Notes: generated from the letters alone by a model not told the origin. Numbered from the stretch's first letter, positions 6,888 to 13,578 are shown. The stretch is DNA of 14,290 nucleotides from a virus (IMGVR_UViG_2534682108_000014:1-14290); one strand, 5' to 3'. Made by a program: numbers and translations.

Positions 6888-6940
6888 ATTTAAGTTTTCT
6901 TCAAAAATACTCTTGACCATTAATTAAAGAGATCTTAAAT
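6888..6940. promoter_or_regulatory. OL/PL region: P22-type operator at 6923-6940, weaker site at 6888-6905, and PL promoter (plus strand)
   Basis: ATTAAAGagatCTTAAAT (6923-6940) is a perfect fit to the operator pattern; ATTTAAGttttCTTCAAA (6888-6905) has one mismatch. PL reads -35 TTGACC (6913-6918) and -10 TTAAAT (6935-6940) with 16-bp spacing, the -10 lying inside the operator. Confidence 0.65.
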
Positions 6941-6986
6941 TTAAGCCATCAGCAGGACGCTGGTAGCCAAACGGAACAGATTGGCA

Positions 6987-7027
6987 GGCTCTTTAACATT
7001 GATGGGATTGTCCCGCCGAAATGCGGG
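6987..7027 (+). promoter_or_regulatory. nutL: boxA (6987-6998) plus boxB hairpin (7012-7027) in the PL leader
   Basis: GGCTCTTTAACA, a 13-nt spacer, then CCCGCCGAAATGCGGG. The boxB is identical to the nutR one on the other strand, and the boxA core GCTCTTTAACA is shared. Confidence 0.62.
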
Positions 7028-7339
7028 AACCAAAGAGTAGTTGGCTTTGGGGTGACGTGAAGTGCAGCTGCACGACGGCAACCGGAAGATAAGCACCCGG
7101 CGCGTCACCGCCAAAGTCAATTCCATAGGCGAAATGCAGCCGCCAAACACAGCCAATGCTGCACATGCAACAGGAGGATTTATGTGAATGCATAACTTCA
7201 AAACCGAGGTTAATTAAATCTCTCGATCCGAGCATTGACCTATTAGGTGGCGAGATGCTCTTTCTGCCCCTCAGTTCGAGGGGCCAGAAACCACTTTGCA
7301 ATCACTATCAATTCCAAAGTTGTTTCATCGGAGGTCAAC

Positions 7340-7612
7340 ATGACAGTAGTCATTACATATCTGGCTGACGATAACGCCAGAAATCGCCGCAGAGCACGCA
7401 GACAGGCTCAACGTGAACAGGCAATGCAAGAGCAGCGACTGACGCGAAAAATTGCGCTAAAGCTCTCTGGTTGCGTCAGAGCAGATAAAGCAGCATCACT
7501 CGGAAGCCTTCGCTGTAAGGAAGAAGATGAACGCAGTGGAAGTATTTGCCTGCCAAACGTAGCCATTTACGCGGCAGGATACCGGAAATCAAAACAACTG
7601 ACGGCGAGGTAA
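7340..7612 (+). CDS. 24: N-like transcription antiterminator (P22 gene 24-like), 90 aa
   Basis: From ATG 7340 (RBS GGAGG): MTVVITYLADDNARNRRRARRQAQREQ... with an N-terminal arginine-rich motif, and a C-terminus LPNVAIYAAGYRKSKQLTAR resembling P22 gp24 as I recall it. Lies downstream of PL/nutL. The track start at 7247 is an upstream extension. Confidence 0.85.
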   Translation: MTVVITYLADDNARNRRRARRQAQREQAMQEQRLTRKIALKLSGCVRADKAASLGSLRCKEEDERSGSICLPNVAIYAAGYRKSKQLTAR

Positions 7613-7615
7613 GTG

Positions 7616-7840
7616 ATGAATCAGACATACATTCCATCATGCTTGAGAAATCTGCCAAAGCAGAAAGCAAAGCCCCGCAAGCAAGCCATAAAGGACGCTA
7701 AGGCAGAGGTTATTGATCAAGCAATACAATTGCTCAGGGAGGAGTTAAGAAGTGGCAAGCTCGAAGGAATGATGATGCCATATCAGCGCGGATATCTATC
7801 GGCGATTAGTAAGTTGGAAGTATTGAAGAGTGAATTATGA
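7616..7840 (+). CDS. Hypothetical protein (74 aa), lysine-rich N-terminus
   Basis: ATG at 7616 begins 4 nt after the N stop, with GAGG 7 nt upstream. Same strand as the PL operon. No family recognised. Confidence 0.55.
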   Translation: MNQTYIPSCLRNLPKQKAKPRKQAIKDAKAEVIDQAIQLLREELRSGKLEGMMMPYQRGYLSAISKLEVLKSEL

Positions 7841-7902
7841 ACTATCTGGAATTTCCGGATGGTTCATTGTTTTGGCAGCAAACCACTTATTTGAGGTGAT
7901 AT

Positions 7903-8154
7903 ATGGAATTTCATGAAAGTGCGATTTGTGATTTTCGCGCTAACGCAAATTCAGTAAAACAACAGCCAATTGCAGTTCTTTTTAAAACAATGGGTGCGTG
8001 GGCTGTTTTATGCTTCGCCGCTGACGACACTGACGCAAGAATGGCAATAGGCCAAGAGATGGAGATGGATCCGACAAACGATGAATTCATAATTTATGGC
8101 GCTCCATCTAATTACTTACTTGATACCTGCAACATTTACAACAAGGCTGCCTGA
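7903..8154 (+). CDS. Hypothetical protein (83 aa)
   Basis: ATG at 7903 preceded by GAGGTGATAT. Acidic, cysteine-containing, no recognisable motif. Confidence 0.55.
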   Translation: MEFHESAICDFRANANSVKQQPIAVLFKTMGAWAVLCFAADDTDARMAIGQEMEMDPTNDEFIIYGAPSNYLLDTCNIYNKAA

Positions 8155-8213
8155 TGGTGGTCTTTATTTTTTAGCCGTAAATAATTTCATGCTTATTACA
8201 ATCAAGGTGATAT

Positions 8214-8579
8214 ATGGAAGAACAAGCAAACAAGATTCTCGTAGAACTACTGCAAAAAGCCAGCAATGGAATAGACGCGGCTGTTTCATTTAGCCAGGCA
8301 CAGATTCCTGATGTCATCCATCAGCTTTTGATGTGGCACGCCGTATCATCAGCTGGAATTCAGGCTATCTGTGTATTGGTGATTATAGCGTGTGTTTATC
8401 TGATGATTTTTGCATGGAATAAAGGAGATGATGCAGATATTGTTCTTTCATCACTACTTGTCACATCAGGAATAGCGATTACTTCTATTGTTGTTTTCTT
8501 CAATTATTTCGACTGGCTGAAAATTTGGCTTGCTCCAAAACTTTACCTTATCGAATATGCAGCATCATTGGTTAAGTAA
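8214..8579 (+). CDS. Hypothetical membrane protein (121 aa) with two predicted transmembrane helices
   Basis: ATG at 8214 preceded by AAGGTGATAT. Hydrophobic segments AGIQAICVLVIIACVYLMIFAW and LLVTSGIAITSIVVFFNYF follow an amphipathic N-terminal region. Confidence 0.6.
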   Translation: MEEQANKILVELLQKASNGIDAAVSFSQAQIPDVIHQLLMWHAVSSAGIQAICVLVIIACVYLMIFAWNKGDDADIVLSSLLVTSGIAITSIVVFFNYFDWLKIWLAPKLYLIEYAASLVK

Positions 8580-8638
8580 TTTCAGGACGCATAGTCGGCC
8601 TTTATTTTTGGCACAAACAACAGAATAAACACTGCACT

Positions 8639-8666
8639 GTGTATTCATTCCAACGAGTGAATACAC
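8639..8666 (+). other. Long hairpin / inverted repeat (12-bp arms, 4-nt loop) in the intergenic region upstream of the c3-like gene
   Basis: GTGTATTCATTC-caac-GAGTGAATACAC gives 12 pairs counting one G-U in RNA (one mismatch as DNA). No U-tract follows, so it is not an intrinsic terminator. Confidence 0.5.
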
Positions 8667-8728
8667 GGAGCAATGTCGCTCGTAACTAAACAGGAGCCGA
8701 CTTGTTCTGATTATTGGAAATCTTCTTT

Positions 8729-8754
8729 GCCCTCCAGTGTGAGGGCCTTTTTAT
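8729..8754 (+). terminator. Rho-independent terminator within the PL operon, upstream of the c3-like gene
   Basis: GCCCTC-cagtgt-GAGGGC followed by CTTTTTTAT on the plus strand. Confidence 0.6.
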
Positions 8755-8818
8755 ATGCATACCAATAACGCTTCACTCGAGGCGTTTTCGTTATGCAATC
8801 AAATATAAGGAGTTACCC

Positions 8819-8953
8819 ATGATGCACTTTCAGTTCGCGGGTAGCGGCGTCATGTCCGCTTTCTACCCGCACGAATCTGAATTATCACGCCGAGTTAAAC
8901 AATTAATAAGAGCAGCAAAGAAACAACTGGAGGCGTTATGCGCAATGAAATAG
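8819..8953 (+). CDS. c3: CIII-like small protein (44 aa), putative FtsH-inhibitor that would stabilise CII
   Basis: From ATG 8819 (RBS AAGGAG, 5-nt spacer): MMHFQFAGSGVMSAFYPHESELSRRVKQLIRAAKKQLEALCAMK. This shares the lambda CIII pattern AG..V...P.ES.L.R...L.....K.L as I recall it. The track ORF starting at 8714 spans the terminator and is rejected. Confidence 0.5.
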   Translation: MMHFQFAGSGVMSAFYPHESELSRRVKQLIRAAKKQLEALCAMK

Positions 8954-9090
8954 CCATCAATCACCAGATGCTTCGTGCGGCACAAAACAAAGCAGTAATA
9001 GCCAGATTTATTGGTGATTCCAAAATGTGGCTTGAAGCAAATAAAGCGATGAAATCAGCTATCAACCTTCCGTGGTATCGCAGGAAATGA
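8938..9090 (+). CDS. Small hypothetical protein (50 aa), in the kil/arf position of P22-like phages
   Basis: ATG 8938 with GGAGG 4 nt upstream, overlapping the c3-like 3' end. Translates MRNEIAINHQMLRAAQNKAVIARFIGDSKMWLEANKAMKSAINLPWYRRK. Below the ORF-track cutoff; positional inference only. Confidence 0.4.
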   Translation: MRNEIAINHQMLRAAQNKAVIARFIGDSKMWLEANKAMKSAINLPWYRRK

Positions 9091-9245
9091 GTTTTACAGA
9101 TAACTGGTCAGACGAAGAATTCATTCGTCAGATGAAAGAATTAATCGGTAACGAAGGAGATATTCATGTCACTTGCAACCACAGTGAAGGAGAGCAAGTT
9201 ACAGAGACGCATGTACACGCAGAAAGCTCTCTGGTATCGCCATAA
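9087..9245 (+). CDS. Small acidic hypothetical protein (52 aa)
   Basis: ATG 9087 overlaps the preceding stop (ATGA), suggesting coupling; the RBS is poor. Translates MSFTDNWSDEEFIRQMKELIGNEGDIHVTCNHSEGEQVTETHVHAESSLVSP. Confidence 0.35.
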   Translation: MSFTDNWSDEEFIRQMKELIGNEGDIHVTCNHSEGEQVTETHVHAESSLVSP

Positions 9246-9346
9246 TGGCGACCGCGAAGGAATGCGGGTATGCCTTAATTTGTCCCGAGTCGAAGTATTA
9301 AATCAGCGTTATTTCCTTGGGCCTTGTCCATTCTGAGAACAAACAT

Positions 9347-9952
9347 ATGAGCAAAGAATTTTACGCAAGACTGGCTGCTATTCAGGAGAATCTGAACGCG
9401 CCAAAAAATCAGTACAACTCATTCGGCAAATATAAATACAGAAGCTGCGAAGATATTCTTGAAGGCGTTAAGCCGTTACTGAATGGTCTGTTTTTATCAA
9501 TCAGCGATGAAGTTGTGTTGATTGGTGATCGGTATTACGTGAAAGCCACGGCAACTATTACCGATGGCGAAAACAGTCATACGGCAACCGCTCTTGCACG
9601 AGAGGAAGAAAGCAAGAAAGGAATGGATTCTGCACAAGTTACGGGAGCCACAAGCTCTTATGCACGCAAGTATTGCCTCAATGGTTTGTTCGGCATTGAT
9701 GATGCGAAAGATGCAGATACCGACGAGCATAAACATCAGCAGAACGCAGCAGCAAAGCAATCAAAACCATCACCTACACCTGAACAGGTTCTAAAAGCAT
9801 TCACTGACGCAGCATTGCAGAAAAACACCGTGGAAGAGCTTAAACAGGCGTTCGCCAAAGCGTGGAAGATGCTCGAAGGCACACCGGAGCAGCACAAAGC
9901 GCAGGACGTTTACAACATCAGACGAGACGAATTAGAAGGAGCTGCTGCTTAA
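9347..9952 (+). CDS. erf: Erf, essential recombination function protein (single-strand annealing protein), 201 aa
   Basis: From ATG 9347: MSKEFYARLAAIQENLNAPKNQYNSFGKYKYRSCEDILEGVKPLLNGLFLSISDEVVLIGDRYYVKATATITDGENSH... matches P22 Erf closely from memory. The track start at 9317 is a TTG extension. Confidence 0.9.
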   Translation: MSKEFYARLAAIQENLNAPKNQYNSFGKYKYRSCEDILEGVKPLLNGLFLSISDEVVLIGDRYYVKATATITDGENSHTATALAREEESKKGMDSAQVTGATSSYARKYCLNGLFGIDDAKDADTDEHKHQQNAAAKQSKPSPTPEQVLKAFTDAALQKNTVEELKQAFAKAWKMLEGTPEQHKAQDVYNIRRDELEGAAA

Positions 9953-10335
9953 TGGCACATTCGATTACTGTAAGACTAAACAAGCCCGCAAGAGAGTTTC
10001 AGGCCGGGGAAAATATCGGATTCAACATCCGTGCTGGCGTTCAGTATTACGATCGCCAGACAAAAAAGAAAGAATGGACAAACTACAGCGCCGTTGTATT
10101 TGCCAAGCCTGGAGCGCAAGCTGATTACTACCGTAGTGTTCTTGTTGAAGGTGGCATTGTAGAAATTACCGGAGAAAACATCAGGGTTGATGTTTATCAG
10201 GGGCAAAATGGTCAATCAATCACTCTTGAATTACTGAATGCAAAGATTGGATTTGCAACTTCAGGAAACAGCCAACAGCAGCAAAGTAGCAATCATCAAA
10301 ATCATCCTGAATACGACGATTCAATTCCCTTCTAA
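9952..10335 (+). CDS. Single-stranded DNA-binding protein-like (short SSB with acidic C-terminal tail), 127 aa
   Basis: ATG 9952 overlaps the erf stop (TAATG). The C-terminus ...QQQQSSNHQNHPEYDDSIPF resembles the SSB signature tail DDDIPF after a Q-rich linker, and the N-terminal region has an SSB-like pattern (W.NYSAVVFAK ... VEGG.VEITG). The track start at 9862 lies inside erf. Confidence 0.6.
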   Translation: MAHSITVRLNKPAREFQAGENIGFNIRAGVQYYDRQTKKKEWTNYSAVVFAKPGAQADYYRSVLVEGGIVEITGENIRVDVYQGQNGQSITLELLNAKIGFATSGNSQQQQSSNHQNHPEYDDSIPF

Positions 10336-10358
10336 AGTAGCAACATAAGGATTCCATT

Positions 10359-10652
10359 ATGCCAGCGCCTCTGTATGGTGCGGATGACCCGCGCCGCTGT
10401 TCCGGCAATTCCGTATCGGAGGTGCTGGATAAATTCAGAAAAAACTACGACCGGATAATGTCTCTACCGCAGGAAACGAAAGAGGAAAAGGAATTTCGCC
10501 ACTGTATATGGCTTGCAGAGAAAGAAGAACGCGAGCGAATTTACCAGACATCAATCCGCCCATTCCGCAAAGCCACATATACCCACTTCCCTGAAATTGA
10601 CCCGCGCCTGCGTAATTACCGCTCACGCTATGGCGCTATCAGTAATGACTGA
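10359..10652 (+). CDS. Hypothetical protein (97 aa); by position could be an anti-RecBCD abc-type gene, but not recognised
   Basis: ATG 10359 with AAGGA 7 nt upstream. No motif recognised; the functional guess is positional only (downstream of erf). Confidence 0.55.
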   Translation: MPAPLYGADDPRRCSGNSVSEVLDKFRKNYDRIMSLPQETKEEKEFRHCIWLAEKEERERIYQTSIRPFRKATYTHFPEIDPRLRNYRSRYGAISND

Positions 10653-10662
10653 GGAATTTACC

Positions 10663-10827
10663 ATGAGAGGACTTGCATACAATCCCGGCATTCTTCCGGC
10701 AGAAATGATTATTCGACAACGCGTAAAGCCAATGCCATCGAGAGAGGAATTGCTTAAGAGAAAGAGTTTCGGTTCTGTTAATGACAACAAATATCTGAAT
10801 GCGATGTGGCGGAGTGGGAAGAAATGA
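10663..10827 (+). CDS. Small hypothetical protein (54 aa)
   Basis: ATG 10663 with GAGGAA 7 nt upstream: [54 protein letters not shown]. The track ORF starting at 10513 is a long upstream extension overlapping the previous gene in another frame. Confidence 0.45.
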   Translation: MRGLAYNPGILPAEMIIRQRVKPMPSREELLKRKSFGSVNDNKYLNAMWRSGKK

Positions 10828-11216
10828 AACAAATGACACTAATTGAGATGGATGGATTTCTGAAAGGTAAATGCATTCCACGAGATTTAAAGGTTAACGA
10901 AACAAACGCTGAATATCTGGTGCGTAAATTTGCTGAAGCGGAGGCCAAGTGCGCGGCGCTGGCTGCGGAGAATGCGGCGCTGAAGAAGTTCTGCAAAGAC
11001 GCTGCATTCGATGCCGATTACGAAGCAGAGCTAGGTATGGAGCGTGGTGGATTCAGTGATGCACTTAACGATATCGAAACCACAGCCACCGACGCTTTCT
11101 TGGCTGAAGTACGGGCGCAGGGCGTGGAGATGTTTGCTGACCATCTGTTGTGCCCAAACCTTGATGACACTATCCGTGACTTTGCTGCCCAGCTTCGCAA
11201 AGGAGTGCAGTCATGA
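10824..11216 (+). CDS. Hypothetical protein (130 aa), alanine-rich helical segment
   Basis: ATG 10824 overlaps the upstream stop (ATGA). Contains [20 protein letters not shown], suggestive of a helical or coiled-coil segment. Confidence 0.55.
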   Translation: MKQMTLIEMDGFLKGKCIPRDLKVNETNAEYLVRKFAEAEAKCAALAAENAALKKFCKDAAFDADYEAELGMERGGFSDALNDIETTATDAFLAEVRAQGVEMFADHLLCPNLDDTIRDFAAQLRKGVQS

Positions 11217-11575
11217 AAAGAGAGCCGAAAAAAACTGTGAAGATTAAGCGTTTCCGCTACTCACTTGATTGGTTCACCGTTGATGACGTTGAGTGCGAAG
11301 TCGGCAATGGATTCAGCTACGAAATGCAGTTTCGTCTCGGGGCATGGTATCTGATGGGGAAATATTACGATTACAAGGCTGAGCAGTGGTACGAGGATTA
11401 TAGAAAATCATTCCAGCTGGAATGCCCAGCGGAAGCCGTTATTGCTCTTGGTAATAGCCTGACGAAGTTCAGCAGACTTCACGACTGTGACCACCTGACT
11501 GAACACCTCGCTAAACTGCTGAAAGGCGTTGCTTCGCGCATTGCTATTAGTGAAGCAGAAGGAGGCAACCAGTGA
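11213..11575 (+). CDS. Hypothetical protein (120 aa)
   Basis: ATG 11213 overlaps the upstream stop (ATGA), with AAAGGAG 7 nt upstream. No motif recognised. Confidence 0.6.
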   Translation: MKREPKKTVKIKRFRYSLDWFTVDDVECEVGNGFSYEMQFRLGAWYLMGKYYDYKAEQWYEDYRKSFQLECPAEAVIALGNSLTKFSRLHDCDHLTEHLAKLLKGVASRIAISEAEGGNQ

Positions 11576-12180
11576 GCAAGATTGATTATCAAAAGCTTCG
11601 TGAAATCGCTGAAAAAACAAAAATTGCTGGTGAAGCACCTGTAATGCCTTTCGATCAGCGAATTAATGCGCTTAACGATTTTATGAAGCACTTTTCGCCA
11701 GATATCGCGCTGGCATTGTTGGATGAACGGGAAAGAAACCAGCAATACATCAAATCCCGCGACCAGGAGAACGAGGATATTGCGCTAACGGTAGGGAAGC
11801 TGCGCGTTGAGCTGGAAGGCAAAGACAGCAAAATAGCCAATCTTACCGCCGAACGCGATGCTCTTCGTGAAGGTGAGATGGGCGACGCTAGGCATAGCAA
11901 CACACGGGCCGCAGCTGATATCTACTTCCAACTGGTCGAGGAGTGCGAAATTCCTGCTGGCGGTTCTCTGGTCGAGTACGTTGACGATATGCGCGAGAAG
12001 CTGGAAGCCGCAGAGAAGCGCATTGCAGAACTGGAAGCGCGGGAAATACTGCTCCCGGAACGTAGCAGCATGCTTCATCGAACAGATTTTCACGATGATT
12101 ACCAAACGGTAATGGCATACAAAGTTTCTGAGGTCATCGATGCAATCCGCGCCGCTGGCATTCGCATCAAAGGAGAGTGA
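11572..12180 (+). CDS. Hypothetical coiled-coil protein (202 aa), ea-region type
   Basis: GTG 11572 overlaps the upstream stop (GTGA), preceded by strong GAAGGAGG. Central heptad-like region KLRVELEGKDSKIANLTAERDALREGE ... LEAAEKRIAELEARE. Confidence 0.6.
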   Translation: MSKIDYQKLREIAEKTKIAGEAPVMPFDQRINALNDFMKHFSPDIALALLDERERNQQYIKSRDQENEDIALTVGKLRVELEGKDSKIANLTAERDALREGEMGDARHSNTRAAADIYFQLVEECEIPAGGSLVEYVDDMREKLEAAEKRIAELEAREILLPERSSMLHRTDFHDDYQTVMAYKVSEVIDAIRAAGIRIKGE

Positions 12181-12181
12181 G

Positions 12182-12373
12182 ATGAATGGACAAATATCAA
12201 TTGTTCGACCTGGAGCATGTGACGATTGCGAGATACGAATGATTATTCGTCTGGCAATGGGGAAAACAATAACTGCTCTCATTACTCCAGAAAATCTCGC
12301 ATTGGCATTAACCGGAAAGTCAGACCTGCCAGTAGAGCTAAAGCTGCGAAATGTTGAGATTAAGGTGAAATAG
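12182..12373 (+). CDS. Small hypothetical protein (63 aa)
   Basis: ATG 12182 sits 1 nt after the upstream stop, with AAGGAGAG upstream: MNGQISIVRPGACDDCEIRMIIRLAMGK... The track start at 12140 lies inside the previous gene. Confidence 0.5.
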   Translation: MNGQISIVRPGACDDCEIRMIIRLAMGKTITALITPENLALALTGKSDLPVELKLRNVEIKVK

Positions 12374-12374
12374 C

Positions 12375-12971
12375 ATGAATTCTATTACCAAAGAACGTAT
12401 TGAATTGTTCATTAAAGATCCGCTTGAAAACGGGCTTACTCGTGGCGAACAAATGGAACTGGCACGAATTGCACTGGCATCACTGGAACGCGAACAGATT
12501 CGCCACGAGCATGCCAAATGGTCTGACTCCACATTTGGCTGCGTTGGCCCCATTGGTCCGCTGAAACATCTCTCAAAAGAGGCTCTGGAAGCCGCAGCCG
12601 AACCAGACGATCTTAGCGAGTGGGCTGATATGCAGTTTCTGTTGTGGGATGCACAGCGCCGTGCTGGCATCAGCGATGCTGAAATTACCGCTGCTATGGA
12701 AGATAAATTGAAGATCAACATGGAGCGCCAGTGGCCTGAGCCAAAAGATGGTGAGCCTCGCTTGCACATTAAAGAACCCGGCAACTATCCGGCAACTCCG
12801 GATGGTTGGGTTATGGTGCCGAAGGAGTTAACCCCGGAAATGATGAGAGCCGTTCAGATTAGAAGTGAGCTTGGAGGGTATGCCACTTCCAATCTATCTG
12901 GTGCATACAATATGTTTTCTGAGTTCTGGAATGTTGCTGTCTCAGCTGCGCCTAAGGTGGATGATTTATGA
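12375..12971 (+). CDS. Hypothetical protein (198 aa)
   Basis: ATG 12375 sits 1 nt after the upstream stop, with AAGGTGA 6 nt upstream. No motif recognised. Confidence 0.6.
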   Translation: MNSITKERIELFIKDPLENGLTRGEQMELARIALASLEREQIRHEHAKWSDSTFGCVGPIGPLKHLSKEALEAAAEPDDLSEWADMQFLLWDAQRRAGISDAEITAAMEDKLKINMERQWPEPKDGEPRLHIKEPGNYPATPDGWVMVPKELTPEMMRAVQIRSELGGYATSNLSGAYNMFSEFWNVAVSAAPKVDDL

Positions 12972-13270
12972 ATCTATATCGCTGCCCATTCTGTGGTTCC
13001 ACTGTGCTTAACATCGGATACTCATTCAATATCAGAGGGAAAATGCGCTATGTGTCATGCAAATGTGGTGCCCAAGGACCAGAAAAACGAACTAAATCTG
13101 AAGCGATTTCTTCATGGAATAGTCGAATGAAAGTATGGGTTTATGATCCAGAAACCATATTAAACGCTGAAGAGCGCAGGAGAACGGAAGTCTATATTCA
13201 TAACCTTAATGAAGATGGATTTACACCAGTGCTTGTAAAGGCTACTCCGCAGGAGGTTAACCATGGCTAA
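12968..13270 (+). CDS. Lar-family restriction alleviation protein-like (100 aa; Lar-like N-terminal zinc-ribbon domain plus C-terminal extension)
   Basis: N-terminus MNLYRCPFCGSTVL...YVSCKCGAQGP...SEAISSWNSR shows the CPFCG...C.CG...A...WN.R pattern I associate with the Lar (Rac prophage) family. ATG overlaps the upstream stop (ATGA); RBS AAGGTGG. Confidence 0.6.
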   Translation: MNLYRCPFCGSTVLNIGYSFNIRGKMRYVSCKCGAQGPEKRTKSEAISSWNSRMKVWVYDPETILNAEERRRTEVYIHNLNEDGFTPVLVKATPQEVNHG

Positions 13271-13547
13271 CCTACAACTTGCCGTCAAAGGTGAATACTT
13301 CGATGCCATGATTCGCAGAGAGAAAACGGAAGAGTATCGCCTGTGTAATGACTATTGGAATAAGCGCCTCGTTAACCGTAAGTATGACCGCCTGATTATC
13401 ACAAAGGGATATCCGAAGCGCGACGACTTCAGTCGCAGAATTGATGTTCCGTATGACGGATATGAAATCAAGACAATCACACATCCCCACTTCGGCGATA
13501 AACCGGTAAAGGTGTTCGCGATAAAGGTGAATATCGGCAATGAATAA
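13263..13547 (+). CDS. ASCH/PUA-like domain protein (94 aa), tentative
   Basis: N-terminus LQLAVKGEYFDAMIRREKTEEYR resembles the ASCH-domain opening pattern (I.KPEYFD.I..G.KT.E.R). ATG 13263 preceded by AGGAGG. Confidence 0.45.
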   Translation: MANLQLAVKGEYFDAMIRREKTEEYRLCNDYWNKRLVNRKYDRLIITKGYPKRDDFSRRIDVPYDGYEIKTITHPHFGDKPVKVFAIKVNIGNE

Positions 13548-13551
13548 CAAT

Positions 13552-13578
13552 CCTCGCACTCGCGGGGATTTCTTTTAT
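13552..13578 (+). terminator. Possible weak intrinsic terminator after the ASCH-like gene
   Basis: CCTCGC-actc-GCGGGG (6-bp stem including one G-U) followed by the U-rich ATTTCTTTTAT. Confidence 0.3.

Noticed and set aside
6941-7368. ORFs of 86 and 102 aa (minus) and 70 aa (plus) in the region between PL and the N-like gene
   Set aside because: They fall in the nut-containing leader, lack convincing RBS or start context, and overlap each other. The region is better explained as a structured leader. Genuine small genes cannot be fully excluded without expression data.
8673-8768. 31-codon ORF starting just after the long hairpin, and the ORF-track 79-aa frame starting at 8714
   Set aside because: The ATG at 8673 is only 2 nt from the GGAG, too close for initiation. 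Both frames run through the intrinsic terminator. The c3-like gene is better explained by the downstream ATG at 8819 with a proper RBS.
9497-9794. 87-aa minus-strand ORF and 76-aa plus-strand alternative-frame ORF inside erf
   Set aside because: Embedded within a well-supported erf gene; no independent signals.
11785-12784. Minus-strand ORFs of 165 and 148 aa antisense to the ea-region genes
   Set aside because: Opposite to a tightly coupled plus-strand operon with good RBSs; no RBS or promoter of their own. Most likely shadow frames.
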